DNA of 64,000 nt, taken from assembly GCA_965243715.1 (NCBI GenBank), contig CBDEVU010000009.1, forward strand, positions 195,260 through 259,259, given 5' to 3'. Below the pieces are notes generated by a model, which was not told where the DNA came from, made no database searches, and saw only the letters and a list, made by a program, of their open reading frames with translations. The translations under genes and the position numbers were made by a program. Below are positions 38,213 to 47,314 of this stretch, one piece after another. Positions within the stretch are counted from its first letter, which is position 1, and the number at the start of each line of letters is the position of its first letter. Source of the stretch: Candidatus Aldehydirespiratoraceae bacterium. GTDB lineage: Bacteria; Actinomycetota; Acidimicrobiia; Acidimicrobiales; Aldehydirespiratoraceae.

Positions 38213-38379
38213 GGGGTGTCGCCGTGCTAATGGTTTGCTAATGGCATCTGGCGTCCTGGAGCGGCATCTAGCGGTAGAGAGCGGTTTTGGTGGTCGCTGG
38301 ATGCCGCTCAGGGACGCTGGTTACCGCAGGACGACGCCCGATGCCTGGTGGGGGAGGGGAAGTCCCCCCTCCGACACCA
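38213..38379 (+). repeat. Repeat-family copy B: M motif plus structured body with tRNA-end-like 3' part (possible ncRNA)
   Basis: GGTGTCG (38215..21) pairs with CGACACC (38372..78), followed by A. 38243..56 pairs with 38329..45. 10-bp GAGCGGCATC (38259..68) / GATGCCGCTC (38300..09). GGAGGGG/CCCCTCC hairpin at 38353..72. Confidence 0.6.
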
Positions 38380-38426
38380 GCACAACCCCTGGAAACAGTG
38401 GGCACAACGGGCGAAAAACGGCTGCA

Positions 38427-38460
38427 GGGGTGTCGTTTGCTAACGGATTTGCTAACGGCA
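38427..38460 (+). repeat. Repeat-family M motif, second copy at locus B
   Basis: GGGGTGTCGTTTGCTAACGGATTTGCTAACGGCA. Confidence 0.85.
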
Positions 38461-38726
38461 GCCAAACCACCGTCCCGAACCGGCCTCGAAACCGCTGCCT
38501 GCTGCAGCATTCCGCCCTGGTCAGAGCGACGCCTACAGCACCGAGCAGTCGCGGGCAGCAGCGGCGCGCTTCCACCACACCGTGGGGGAACGCGCCGGCA
38601 GCGGCGACGCGAGCTGCGGTCCGCACGACCGCGCGCCCCGGATCAAGCCGGTCGGGTCCAGCGGGAGTAGGTAATCGGGGAGCGAGTGTCCCAGCGGCAC
38701 CGCAGCGTGCCCCACAGGAACCCTTC

Positions 38727-38861
38727 ATGCAGCTCCGCCCGATCCCCGTGGTACTCCTCATCGCCCTGGCAGCAACAGGCTGCGCGACGCCGGAGACCGA
38801 ATCGAGTGATCAGGACCAGCCGCCCACAGCCAGCGTAGAGGTTGAAACGCCCCCCCCATAA
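38727..38861 (+). pseudogene. Lipoprotein signal-peptide stub (44 aa)
   Basis: MQLRPIPVVLLIALAATGCATPE..., ending just after a C8 tract at 38850..38857. Confidence 0.3.
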
Positions 38862-39168
38862 CGAACCCAGCGTTTGACGCAGCGGCTGTCGACCCATCAC
38901 ATCTAGGGTCACTCTAGGATCGGGACGACTCCGAAGGGCTAGCTGACATCGTGAGCCCACTCGGTCCCGTCGCGGACTCGGCCGATCAGCCAAAGGCGCA
39001 CACCGCATCGGCGCGCCTGGCCTCGGTTGGAATACGCGACGAGGTAGTAGAACCCGCAGTCGTCGTGCCACCGGCCAATCGGCGCGGTGGCGTCCCATCG
39101 GCGGTGTAATACGAGGCCTAGCGTAGGTTCCTTCAAGAGCTGCAAACTCATCGAAGGAGACCCACGCC

Positions 39169-40306
39169 ATGCCCAAACGAGTATCGCCTATTGAGACGAT
39201 CCGCGCCGACATCGACACTGTGTTCGGTTCGGGAAACCGGTTGAGGAGTGTCTGGAGGAGTTGATGCGCCACTCGGTGCGGCTTGTGCTTCAGCAGGTCC
39301 TCGAGGACGACGGCGGGGGCGGTGGGTCTGAAACGGCCGAAGCTGCGTAACACGATCGAGACGTACGCGTCGCAACTCCTCGGGAAAAGGGGTGGTGCGC
39401 TCTGCGCCGTTGGAGGCGCTCGGCCCCGAAGCGGCTCTGTCGAAATCGACGGCTTCTCGGATCTGTCAGGTCCTCAAGAACGATTTCGAAGTGTTCCAGA
39501 ACCGCGACCTGACCAGCATCGATTTGGACTACCTGTTTCTCGACGGGTCGCATTTCAAGATGCATGACGGCACCAACGCGGAGCCGGTCATGGTTGCCTA
39601 CGCCATCACCACTGTCGGCCAACCGGTCCTGGTCGCAGTCGAACCCGCCGCGGCAGAATCTACCGACGCATGGGCCGATCTCCTCGCGGGGTTGACCCGG
39701 CGAGGTTTGACCGTTGCGTTGTTGACGATCACCGACGGCGCCGCCGGTTTGATCAACGCTATCGGCACCCAACTCCACGGTTCGCTGCCTCATCCATCGG
39801 GCCAGAAACGTACTCGCCAAAATCCCCACCAATCATCAACCAACAATCAACGGCGAGTTCTAGACCATCTTCGATGACATCGATGTTGAACCCGACCAGA
39901 GCGCCGTCGACGGAACACAACGCCGCATCGACGCGTTCGCTGACCGCCACACCAAGCCTTCCCGGCCGCGGTGCGCTGCCTGCAACACGACCGTCAAGCC
40001 CTGACCTCGTACCTACGATTCTGGACCGAGCACCACAAACGGATCCGACACACCAACCTCATCGAACGGACCTTCGGCGAAACCCGACGACGTGTGAAAG
40101 TCATCAGCCGGCTCCCCGGCGAAGCATCCTGCCTCGCTCTCCTATGGCCTGTGCCCAACCGGGCATCGGCGAGCTCGCGAGGACCGCGCTACACCCCAGC
40201 CATCACCCGACACCTCTCCAACATCCGCCACCAACTCAACCGACCTACCAGCAAGGAGAACCCAACCACCACAGCCCCCGACGACACCGCCACAGCCGCC
40301 GCCTAG
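39169..40306 (+). mobile_element. IS256-family (mutator-type) transposase pseudogene, several frameshifts
   Basis: LSKSTASRICQVLKNDFEVFQNRDL..DYLFLDGSHFKMH...LLTITDGAAGLINAI; later frame LTSYLRFWTEHHKRIRHTNLIERTFGETRRRVKVISRLPGEASCLALLW. Confidence 0.75.
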
Positions 40307-40525
40307 AATGACCAACAGGAACCAACACCCAGGCCCCGAGTTACACCAAACCTGGGACGCCACCCGTGACTGCGATCCCAAGGTCGAACAGCGATGGTCG
40401 CCGACGCAACGACTCGCCTGGGTCCGGGGCCAGCAGTCTGAACCAGGCGAAGCCTTTCACAACAGTCGAGCCTAGGTCACCATGCGGCCTGCGAACCTCG
40501 CCGGCTGCGGGCCCGGTCGATGAGA

Positions 40526-41859
40526 TCAACGGCAGTACATGAGCAGTGAAGCGCCGGCAAACTCAAGTCCAAGCTCACTGAGTTCCAGATCGAGCAGACC
40601 CGCAACGGTTGAACCGCTGATCGAGGCCATTGAGATGTTCTGAGATTGGCCAGGCGCGAACTCGACAAGCGTGAGGGCGCCTGCGTCACCATCGATCGTC
40701 ACGCTAAGGACACCAAGGTCCGGAGAGACCAGGTCTGCATCGACTGTTTGTCCATCGACCTCACACGATTGCACCGTCGCCTTGATGAACGCCGAGTCCG
40801 GAAGATCGATGTAGGCCGAGGATCGACCGACAAGCGAGGCGGGCAACGGTTCGACCGCTGTCTCGGTCACCAACCCGTAGGAAGCGATCTCCTCGTCACC
40901 CATGCGGTGAATAGCGTCGAAGGGAGCAGCTTCGAGCGTGTACCAGTAGAACCGGGGCCCGGCCTCATCACCGAGCATCACTGAGAAGTACTCGAGCTGG
41001 CTGCGGTGAGCCGGATGATCTGCGGGCAGATCGATTGCGGTGACATCGCCGTCAGGCGTGCCCCACGAGTGCACGCCAACCCAGCCACTCGGCTCAATAA
41101 CGCGCCGGACGCCGGCGACAAACATGTCCACGCCGCCCGATGAGATGTCGCCGTTGGCCGGAACCCACGTTGTCCAGCCCGCCTCGCGGATCAGCCGTGC
41201 GCTGTGAACGTTGATCTCATCGTTTTCAGACCCCTCGACATTCACCATGACAAGCGTGTCCACCTCCGGATGATCGCGGATCGTGTCGCGCAACTGAACA
41301 TACGTGCTGGTCCCGAGCACACCTCGAATCAGCGCATGGTTGCCCACAACGTCAATGGTGGAACTCCCCCCGCCAACGAAACCCACATCGAACGACACCT
41401 CCAGCTCGACGGGCTCCAACCCGACAGCGGCTTGGATCGGGGCCACGAAGTGATAGATCGTGCCGTTAGAGGAGCCGTCGAGCTCGGCCGGCACAGCCTT
41501 CACCTCAGCTACAGCCGCTGCGTCTTCGAGAAACCAGAACTCCTCGCCCTTGGACACCAAGATCGTGTCGAGTTCGTCATCGTCCAACACGATGACAACG
41601 AGCATGTCGCCAGCAGTGACGCTGAGCGAGCCATCCTCGAACGAAACTGCGCCCATATCGACCGGGGGTCAGCGTCGCCGAGGCGAACGAACGACGCAGC
41701 TGCGCCAACCTCATACGCAGCAACGTACGCGTTGACATTCTCAGCGGCCAGATAGCCATCGTCGGCACCAGATCCAGATGAAGAATCGCCACCACACGAT
41801 GCCGAGACCACCGCCACCGCCAGCAACGCCGGGGCAAACCAACCTACAGGTCTGGGCAT
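40526..41859 (-). pseudogene. Secreted lipoprotein with ClpP/crotonase-like middle region; frameshift at a G5 run near 41665
   Basis: GAAGGAGAAAG RBS. MPRPVGWFAPALLAVAVVSASCGGD lipobox (frame of 41509..41928). Continues in the 40526..41656 frame: VMVNVEGSENDEINVHSARLIREAGWTTWVPANGDISSGGVDMFVAG. Confidence 0.5.
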
Positions 41860-42543
41860 CGAAACTTTCTCCTTCGTGCGACGCGACAGCCGCCACCTGC
41901 GGCACCACATCGATCCTGAACGGAACACCCCGACCCCGCTACCGGCCCAACGTCCAGTTCCACCAGTACTTTTAGCCGGGTATCAATGGCAGCGACTGAA
42001 AGGCACAGGCGGAGCGTCTGAGTCTTGGCTGCACGTCCGCGCAATGCGATGCTGCATCGGCCATTGCTCGCGATGAATCGAGGGAAGCGAGCATCCAACC
42101 GTTCGGTGTTGACCCAACACTGGCCTCGCCACGCAGAGTTTGCCTACGGGGGCCGATCACGATAGCAGTACCCGCGAGCGCCGTGCAGCTCCACCCAGAT
42201 CGCACGGTCATCCTTGACGAGGTCGCCGCAAGCGCGCTGACGTTCAGTCTCGGCGGGCCAGCGAGTTCACCGGAGATCGTGGATGCAGGGACAAGGCGTC
42301 CATCTCAATGACGGCAACCTGTCACCCGCCACGTCTATGGTTGGTCCGTGGATCACGCTGCACACCCGATCCCAGACTCGGGAGCCACCGGGTGTCGCTA
42401 ACATCACGCCGTCAGCGAAATCGAGTCAGCTCCAGTCCTGGTTGAGGGGTCGGTTGGTTTGTCGCCTGCGATGGTGCGCGACGCGACGACATGGTTGCGT
42501 ATTCGCAAGCAATGGTGTTAGTGGTCAGTCGTACTATTGGGGC

Positions 42544-43239
42544 ATGGCTAGATGCACAGCTCCGGTACAGGGACATCGCACAGAAAGCGGCGCAGCCGCA
42601 TGCCCGATGCACGGCGGAAGGTCCACGTATGGGGATTACTCACAGCGTTCCTACTCACCTGTCTCTCGATCGCCGACAAGTAGGACAAGAGCGAGCGGTG
42701 GGACCGGGCCAGCAAGACGCGCAACGCGGCCGACGTGGTCACCGAGCAACTCCGCTGTCACTTACACCGCCGACCAGGTGCGGGCGCTAACTTCTTATCG
42801 GCGCGCAGTTGAAGCCCAGGGTCAACTGCCCGAACTTCGAGACCTCTTCCTCTGCCATGCATGGGACGATCGGCGCGATGCCGCTACGGAGTTGAGTGAC
42901 CTGCTCGAAGCTGAAGGCGTGTCGGTCTGGTTTAGCGAGAAGGACATCCTGCTGGGTCAGCCGTTCATGCGAGAGATCGACAGAGGTTTGGCGAAGTCGC
43001 GGGCTGGTCTTGTCCTCGTCACCCCTGCGCTCCTGGAGCGCGTCAGCAACCGGGGGATCTCTGACAAGGAACTCTCAGAGCTTCTGGCACGCGACCAGCT
43101 CATTCCCGTTGTGCACGGAACGACCTACGACGAAGTTCGGAAAGTCAGCCCCTTGCTGGGTAGTCGAAACGGGTTGGACACTGCGGAGGATTCGATGACA
43201 ACCATTGCCGTCAAGATCGCCGAACTGGTCAACCTCTAA
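42544..43239 (+). CDS. TIR-domain protein (start uncertain; N-terminal ~70 aa low-complexity)
   Basis: LRDLFLCHAWDDRRDAATELSDLLEAEGVSVWFSEKDILLGQPFMREIDRGLAKSRAGLVLVTPALL. Confidence 0.65.
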   Translation: MARCTAPVQGHRTESGAAACPMHGGRSTYGDYSQRSYSPVSRSPTSRTRASGGTGPARRATRPTWSPSNSAVTYTADQVRALTSYRRAVEAQGQLPELRDLFLCHAWDDRRDAATELSDLLEAEGVSVWFSEKDILLGQPFMREIDRGLAKSRAGLVLVTPALLERVSNRGISDKELSELLARDQLIPVVHGTTYDEVRKVSPLLGSRNGLDTAEDSMTTIAVKIAELVNL

Positions 43240-43270
43240 CCTGGCGAGTCAGATCATGGCATCGGCCACT

Positions 43271-43440
43271 GGGGGGTCTCGTTTTGCTAACGGATTGCTA
43301 ACGGCAGCCTGTGTCGTGGAGCTGTAGGGGAGTGCAAGGAGCGGTTTTCGGTCGGACTTAACGCCGCTGGATGCCGGATCCCGCCGCTTGGTGCCTCTGG
43401 GCGCAATGTTGAGTGGGTGAGTTCAAGTCCCCCTCCCACA
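43271..43440 (+). repeat. Repeat-family copy C: M motif plus diverged body ending in a T-arm-like GAGTTCAAGTCCCCCTCCCACA
   Basis: GGGGGGTCTCGTTTTGCTAACGGATTGCTAACGGCA..., shares GAGCGGTTTT..., CGCTGGATGCCG with copy B. Confidence 0.6.
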
Positions 43441-43481
43441 CTTTTTGCATAAGCCCTGGTCAGAGGGTGTGTGCGGCCGGA

Positions 43482-43513
43482 GGGGTGTCGTTTGCAGTTG
43501 GATTTGCTAGTGC
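43482..43513 (+). repeat. Repeat-family M motif, second (degenerate) copy at locus C
   Basis: GGGGTGTCGTTTGCAGTTGGATTTGCTAGTGC. Confidence 0.75.
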
Positions 43514-43605
43514 TTGTCATGGATCGCGCGGTGGCGACGGGTGCTAAGCGATGCGTTTGGACCTCATGCGCGGGCCTCGTGAGCCCGGAGTCGAGCCGAT
43601 CTAGT

Positions 43606-44636
43606 TGTAGATCTCAGTGAGGTTGTTCAGTTGTCTTTGTGATGAAGGCGGCTGATGGGGGTCTTGTGGCCGAGGGCGTTGTGGAGTTGTTGGTTGTTGT
43701 ATCGCCAAAGTCATGGTTCGAGTGCCTAGCGGCGCTGATCTGAGTTCTGGTAGACCGCAGCGTAGGCCCATTCGCGCAGCATCGTTTGAATGAATCGTTC
43801 GGCTTTGCCGTTGGTGCGAGGCCGGTATGGGCGGGTGCGCAGGTGCCGGATTCCGATCTCGGTGCAGTGCTGGGCCTAGGCGTGAGAGATGTAGGCGGAG
43901 CCGTTGTCGGTCATGACTCGTTCAACGGTGATGCCGTGGGCGGCGAACCAGGCGATGGTCCGATCGAGGAACGCGATACAGGTGGCTGCTTTCTGGTCGG
44001 GCAGGACCTCGATGTAGGCGACGCGGTTGGTGTCATCGACACAGACGTGCACGGCTTCCCAGCTGACGCGATGGTTGTGGTTGCCTGGTCCTCGGCCGGT
44101 GACGTGGTGGCCGGGTTTGTTGAAACGGCTGAGCTTTTTGATGTCGATGTGGATCAACTCGCCTGGATGGCGGTGGCAATACCGATTCGGTGGCTCTGGC
44201 GGTTCGAGTTTGGAGAGCCGGTTCAGACTGATCCGTTTCAACACTGTGGTCACCGTCGACAACGCCATGTCGAGTTTCTCGGCGATCTGGGGGCCGGTCA
44301 TGCGCAGCTGGCGCAACTGTTCGATGAGCGCTTCGGTTTCGGCAGATGTGCGCGTCGGCGACGTGCGTTGCCGCGCATGACCGATCCGTCATCGGCTCAC
44401 CCGCGTCGAAACGAGCCAACCACTTCTGGACGGTGCGCTCACTGCACCCAGCAGCACCAGCCGCGTCAGCGACCTTCCAGCCGTGCTCGCGAACTCGAGC
44501 ACACATCAGCTCGCGCTGAAACGGACAAAGACGGGCGTTACCGTGAAGATCCACGGGTCTCCTTGAGGTGTGAGTGACTAAGCACCCTCATTCTCAAGGA
44601 GACCCACCAAACCGAACAACGTCCTCAGGATCTACA
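43606..44636 (-). mobile_element. IS481-family insertion sequence with inactivated transposase
   Basis: Ends TGTAGATCTCAGTGAGGTTGTTC / GAACAACGTCCTCAGGATCTACA, flanked by CTAG on both sides. Transposase pieces LHGNARLCPFQRELM...ERTVQKWLARFDAGE and PGELIHIDIKKLSRF...VMTDNGSAYISHA-stop, then RPYRPRTNGKAERF by hand translation. Confidence 0.8.
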
Positions 44637-44839
44637 ACTAGATGCCTCCGCATGGACCAAGCAGTGCACCCGAGACGTGACGGTGCCGAAAACTCGTCTG
44701 TGTGCTCTGGCCTGGGTTTCGCGGGATGCCAGTCGAAAGCGGTGGCGCTGGAAGAACTCCAAGTATTTGATCTACTGATCTTAGGCATGCTGATTTCAAG
44801 GCACGACAGGGCATTCGCCCCCCCCAAGTCTGACCCCAT

Positions 44840-44873
44840 CCAACGGCCGTCAACATATGTTGACGGCCGTTGG
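44840..44873. promoter_or_regulatory. 34-bp perfect palindrome (candidate operator or cruciform)
   Basis: CCAACGGCCGTCAACAT|ATGTTGACGGCCGTTGG read directly. Lies ~70 bp upstream of the 44942 mini-ORF. Confidence 0.6.
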
Positions 44874-44941
44874 CTTGTCGGTAGTCTGTGGATGTGGACA
44901 TCGAGACAAGCGCTCGCAAAAATGGTGTCTCGGACAAGGAC

Positions 44942-45046
44942 ATGATTCACGCACTACGACATCACCGGAGGGCATTCGAGACTGACGACCCGGCTGTAAC
45001 CATGGTCGATCGCCCGAAGTTTCTGAAGGGAGGGTGGAACAAGTGA
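44942..45046 (+). pseudogene. Truncated toxin-like mini-ORF (34 aa)
   Basis: MIHALRHHRRAFETDDPAVTMVDRPKFLKGGWNK. From memory it resembles the two ends of a small actinobacterial toxin family, with the middle missing. Confidence 0.3.
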
Positions 45047-45306
45047 CGAACACACGCGCTCAGCGCGCCGAGGCCCTTGAGGCCTGGACGGACAGGGTTG
45101 ACTCCGCTGAGTTGAGAGAAGCAGATACTGAGACGCTGAGAGCGATCGCAGAGTTGGCCGAGACGCGTAACGCCGTAGAGGAGCAGTTGACAGACGCCGT
45201 GCGTTCCGCCCGCCATGCCCACCGCACTTGGTCGGAGATCGCGACGATGCTGGGCGTCTCTAAGCAAGCCGCGCAGCGCAAGTACGGCCCCAAGATCCCC
45301 GCATAG
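45034..45306 (+). CDS. Small HTH protein, antitoxin-like (alternative GTG start at 45043)
   Basis: Coiled N-terminus then HRTWSEIATMLGVSKQAAQRKYG. GGGAGGG RBS. Confidence 0.5.
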   Translation: MEQVTNTRAQRAEALEAWTDRVDSAELREADTETLRAIAELAETRNAVEEQLTDAVRSARHAHRTWSEIATMLGVSKQAAQRKYGPKIPA

Positions 45307-45316
45307 CCCAAGCCGA

Positions 45317-45480
45317 GGGGTGTCGCCCTACTAGTGGTTTGCTAACGCTGTGTTTGAGGGCGATCCGGGAACCTGTGGGGAAGGTCAGCGCTAGGCGATT
45401 TCGTGCGACTTTCTTTCGTTTTGCGTTGCTCTCGTCGCCTGGGTTGCCGCTTCGTGGAGCGATTAGCCGCGAAAACTTTC
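45317..45480 (+). repeat. Repeat-family copy D: degenerate M motif plus diverged body
   Basis: GGGGTGTCGCCCTACTAGTGGTTTGCTAACGC, then CTGTGT..CTGTGGGGAAG..GCGATTTCGTGCGACTT..TGCCGCTTCGTGG, alignable by eye to copy C. Confidence 0.5.
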
Positions 45481-45687
45481 ACTCCCTGGCGTATGACTCC
45501 GTGGCGCCGGTGATGTAGCGTCCAGATTGGCTGTGTCGCACGACTGCTCCCGAATGATGCTCTCGGCGCTTGTGGTCGTTAGGTAGCGAGAGCGGTACAA
45601 CGTAACGTAGACTTGGTCTGCGCGGCGCGCGAATCTCCCGTGAGTCGACGTACGCAAGACCGGTTGCCGCATTGCGGCACGTTTTTG

Positions 45688-46089
45688 CTAGTCGTCGAGT
45701 TCGCGGCTCATGCGGATCGCGTTGTAGATGTGTTCCCAACGCTGTGGTGTTTGGGGTCGGATTCCGCGGAACTCGATTCCTGCGAGCATGGCGACATCGG
45801 TGTCTGGCAACTGGCGGTCGTCAGCGAATTTGCGTAGGCTCTGGGGGATATCTGTGCGAGGTGTAGCGAGTAGCCGCCGCCCAAGTAGGGAGCTGATTGT
45901 GACGCCCAGGGCTTCGGCGATGGCGTAGAGCGTTTCGGCTGATGGTCGTTTGTCTTCCTTGTTCTCGAGCGTCGAGAGGTAGCCTTTGCTCACCTCTGCC
46001 TTCGCTGCGAGCTGGCTCAGGCTGAGTCCGGCGTCCTCTCGGTAGCGGCGGATGCGACTTCCGATGGTCCCTTCCTCTGTGGTGGTCAT
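45688..46089 (-). CDS. XRE-family HTH regulator, CapH-like
   Basis: Start at MTTTEEG. IGSRIRRYREDAGLSLSQLAAKAEVSKGYLSTLENKE. Confidence 0.75.
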   Translation of the reverse strand: MTTTEEGTIGSRIRRYREDAGLSLSQLAAKAEVSKGYLSTLENKEDKRPSAETLYAIAEALGVTISSLLGRRLLATPRTDIPQSLRKFADDRQLPDTDVAMLAGIEFRGIRPQTPQRWEHIYNAIRMSRELDD

Positions 46090-46133
46090 GGCGAGGATGA
46101 GTTGTGTGGCTGATGCATGTGGTCCCCCATTGG

Positions 46134-46961
46134 TTAGTGGTGTGCTCGGCGGTAGAGCGCGAGTACGCGTCGACGGCCCTGGCGCGGGATGAGCCGGGCC
46201 GATACTTCGACGTTGCCGATTTGCTCTTGGCAGACACCGTCGAGCGTGGTGAGCTCGTGGATGACTTCGCCCTCTAGGGCACGACCAAGTGGCGAGTCCT
46301 CCCTGGCTGACTTGTGTTTTGGGATGAAGGGCCACGCTCCGCGGCCTCGTGCCGATCTGACGCGCAGCTTGGGTACGGCGTGTGGATCGTTGCGCTCGGC
46401 TGGCTTGCTGGCCTCTTCGAGGACAACGAACAACGTTGGGTATGGAGCGAGGTCCACGATGCGGTGCCCGGTTGCTTCGAGGCTCGCTTCGTACACGCTG
46501 GACATGTCGGTGAGTGTCTGGATTCCGAAGTCGGCGTTCGCGAGATTGTCTCGAACGTAGGACTGCGGTAGGAGCAAAGCACTCGCTCCTTGGTCGCAGA
46601 GTGACTCAAGCTCGGCGTTTTGACCGAGCGTCGTGGAGGGGGCACAGCGATATCGGGGCTGGCGTTCGAATCCTTGAAAGAAGGTGTGGGAGCACTCGTG
46701 GAAGATGGTGAAGCGCTGGCGGCCGGGGCCGTCGGTTTTTCTGACCTTGATGGTAACGTCTGTGCCGCTGCAGATGAGACAGCCCGCGACGTCGATGTCC
46801 GCGGGCTCGATCTTAGAGATGCCTAGGTAGGAGGCGACGATCTTCGGGTCGATCGGTGGCGTCAAGGCGAGCTCAGTGATGATCGTGTCGGCGAGCGCGG
46901 CGACATCGCCCGGGAGCGGCTGGTGGAGTCGATTGAATTCGAGGAGAGAGAGCTGTTTCAT
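46134..46961 (-). CDS. ImmA/IrrE-family metallopeptidase, CapP-like
   Basis: Start at MKQLSLLEF. HEXXH in RFTIFHECSHTFF. Directly upstream of the XRE gene, divergent from the CBASS operon. Confidence 0.75.
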   Translation of the reverse strand: MKQLSLLEFNRLHQPLPGDVAALADTIITELALTPPIDPKIVASYLGISKIEPADIDVAGCLICSGTDVTIKVRKTDGPGRQRFTIFHECSHTFFQGFERQPRYRCAPSTTLGQNAELESLCDQGASALLLPQSYVRDNLANADFGIQTLTDMSSVYEASLEATGHRIVDLAPYPTLFVVLEEASKPAERNDPHAVPKLRVRSARGRGAWPFIPKHKSAREDSPLGRALEGEVIHELTTLDGVCQEQIGNVEVSARLIPRQGRRRVLALYRRAHH

Positions 46962-47055
46962 GTTCTTGAAAGAATCATAGTGCGTTTCCGATCGGGAATG
47001 GATACAGTGTTCCCGATCGGGAACTATCCGATCTGATAACGAAACGGAGAACATT

Positions 47056-47301
47056 GTGGCCAAGCGAAATGAACGACACATCAGCCCTCATCTCGATGCT
47101 GGTTGGCAGGTGACCCGCCCGGGCGGCAGCCGAGCGTTGACACGCACGGAAACACAGGATGGAGCGATCGATGCCGGCCGCGGATTCCTGACCAACGATG
47201 GGGGCGGCGAACTCATCATCCATCGTCCCGACGGGCGGATCCGAGACGCAGAGACGATTGCCCCAGGAAACGACCCGTTCCCTCCCCGCGACGACAAGTA
47301 G
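47056..47301 (+). CDS. DUF2188-like small protein
   Basis: MAKRNERHISPHLDAGWQVTRPGGSRALTRTETQDGAIDAGRGFL...GNDPFPPRD, the family pattern as I recall it. Confidence 0.65.
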   Translation: MAKRNERHISPHLDAGWQVTRPGGSRALTRTETQDGAIDAGRGFLTNDGGGELIIHRPDGRIRDAETIAPGNDPFPPRDDK

Positions 47302-47314
47302 GAACGACCTTTAT

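Noticed and set aside
38213-38379. Retron msr/msd, suggested by the inverted terminal repeats GGTGTCG/CGACACC flanking ~150 nt
   Set aside because: There is no reverse transcriptase adjacent. The only RT in the window (28.5-29.8 kb) is a group II intron type with a YADD motif and domain V.
38199-38861. 220-aa ORF spanning repeat copy B and its second M motif
   Set aside because: It reads straight through the repeat elements (..GVSFANGFANGS..) with Arg/Pro/Ala-rich junk. Only the last 44 codons (a lipoprotein signal stub) look genuine.
42283-42543. N-terminal extension of the TIR ORF (start at 42283)
   Set aside because: The extension, and much of the region up to ~42750, is Arg/Ser/Thr-rich with no motif. 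I kept ATG 42544 as a provisional start and flag the true start as uncertain.
43411-43440. tRNA gene suggested by GAGTTCAAGTCCCCCTCCCACA, and by the analogous 38351..38379 ending ...CGACACCA
   Set aside because: No D-arm or anticodon arm can be drawn, the T-stem does not pair in copy C, and the 5' partner strand is ~155 nt away in copy B. I treat it as tRNA-end-like, not as a tRNA. No other tRNA-like T-loops were seen in the window.
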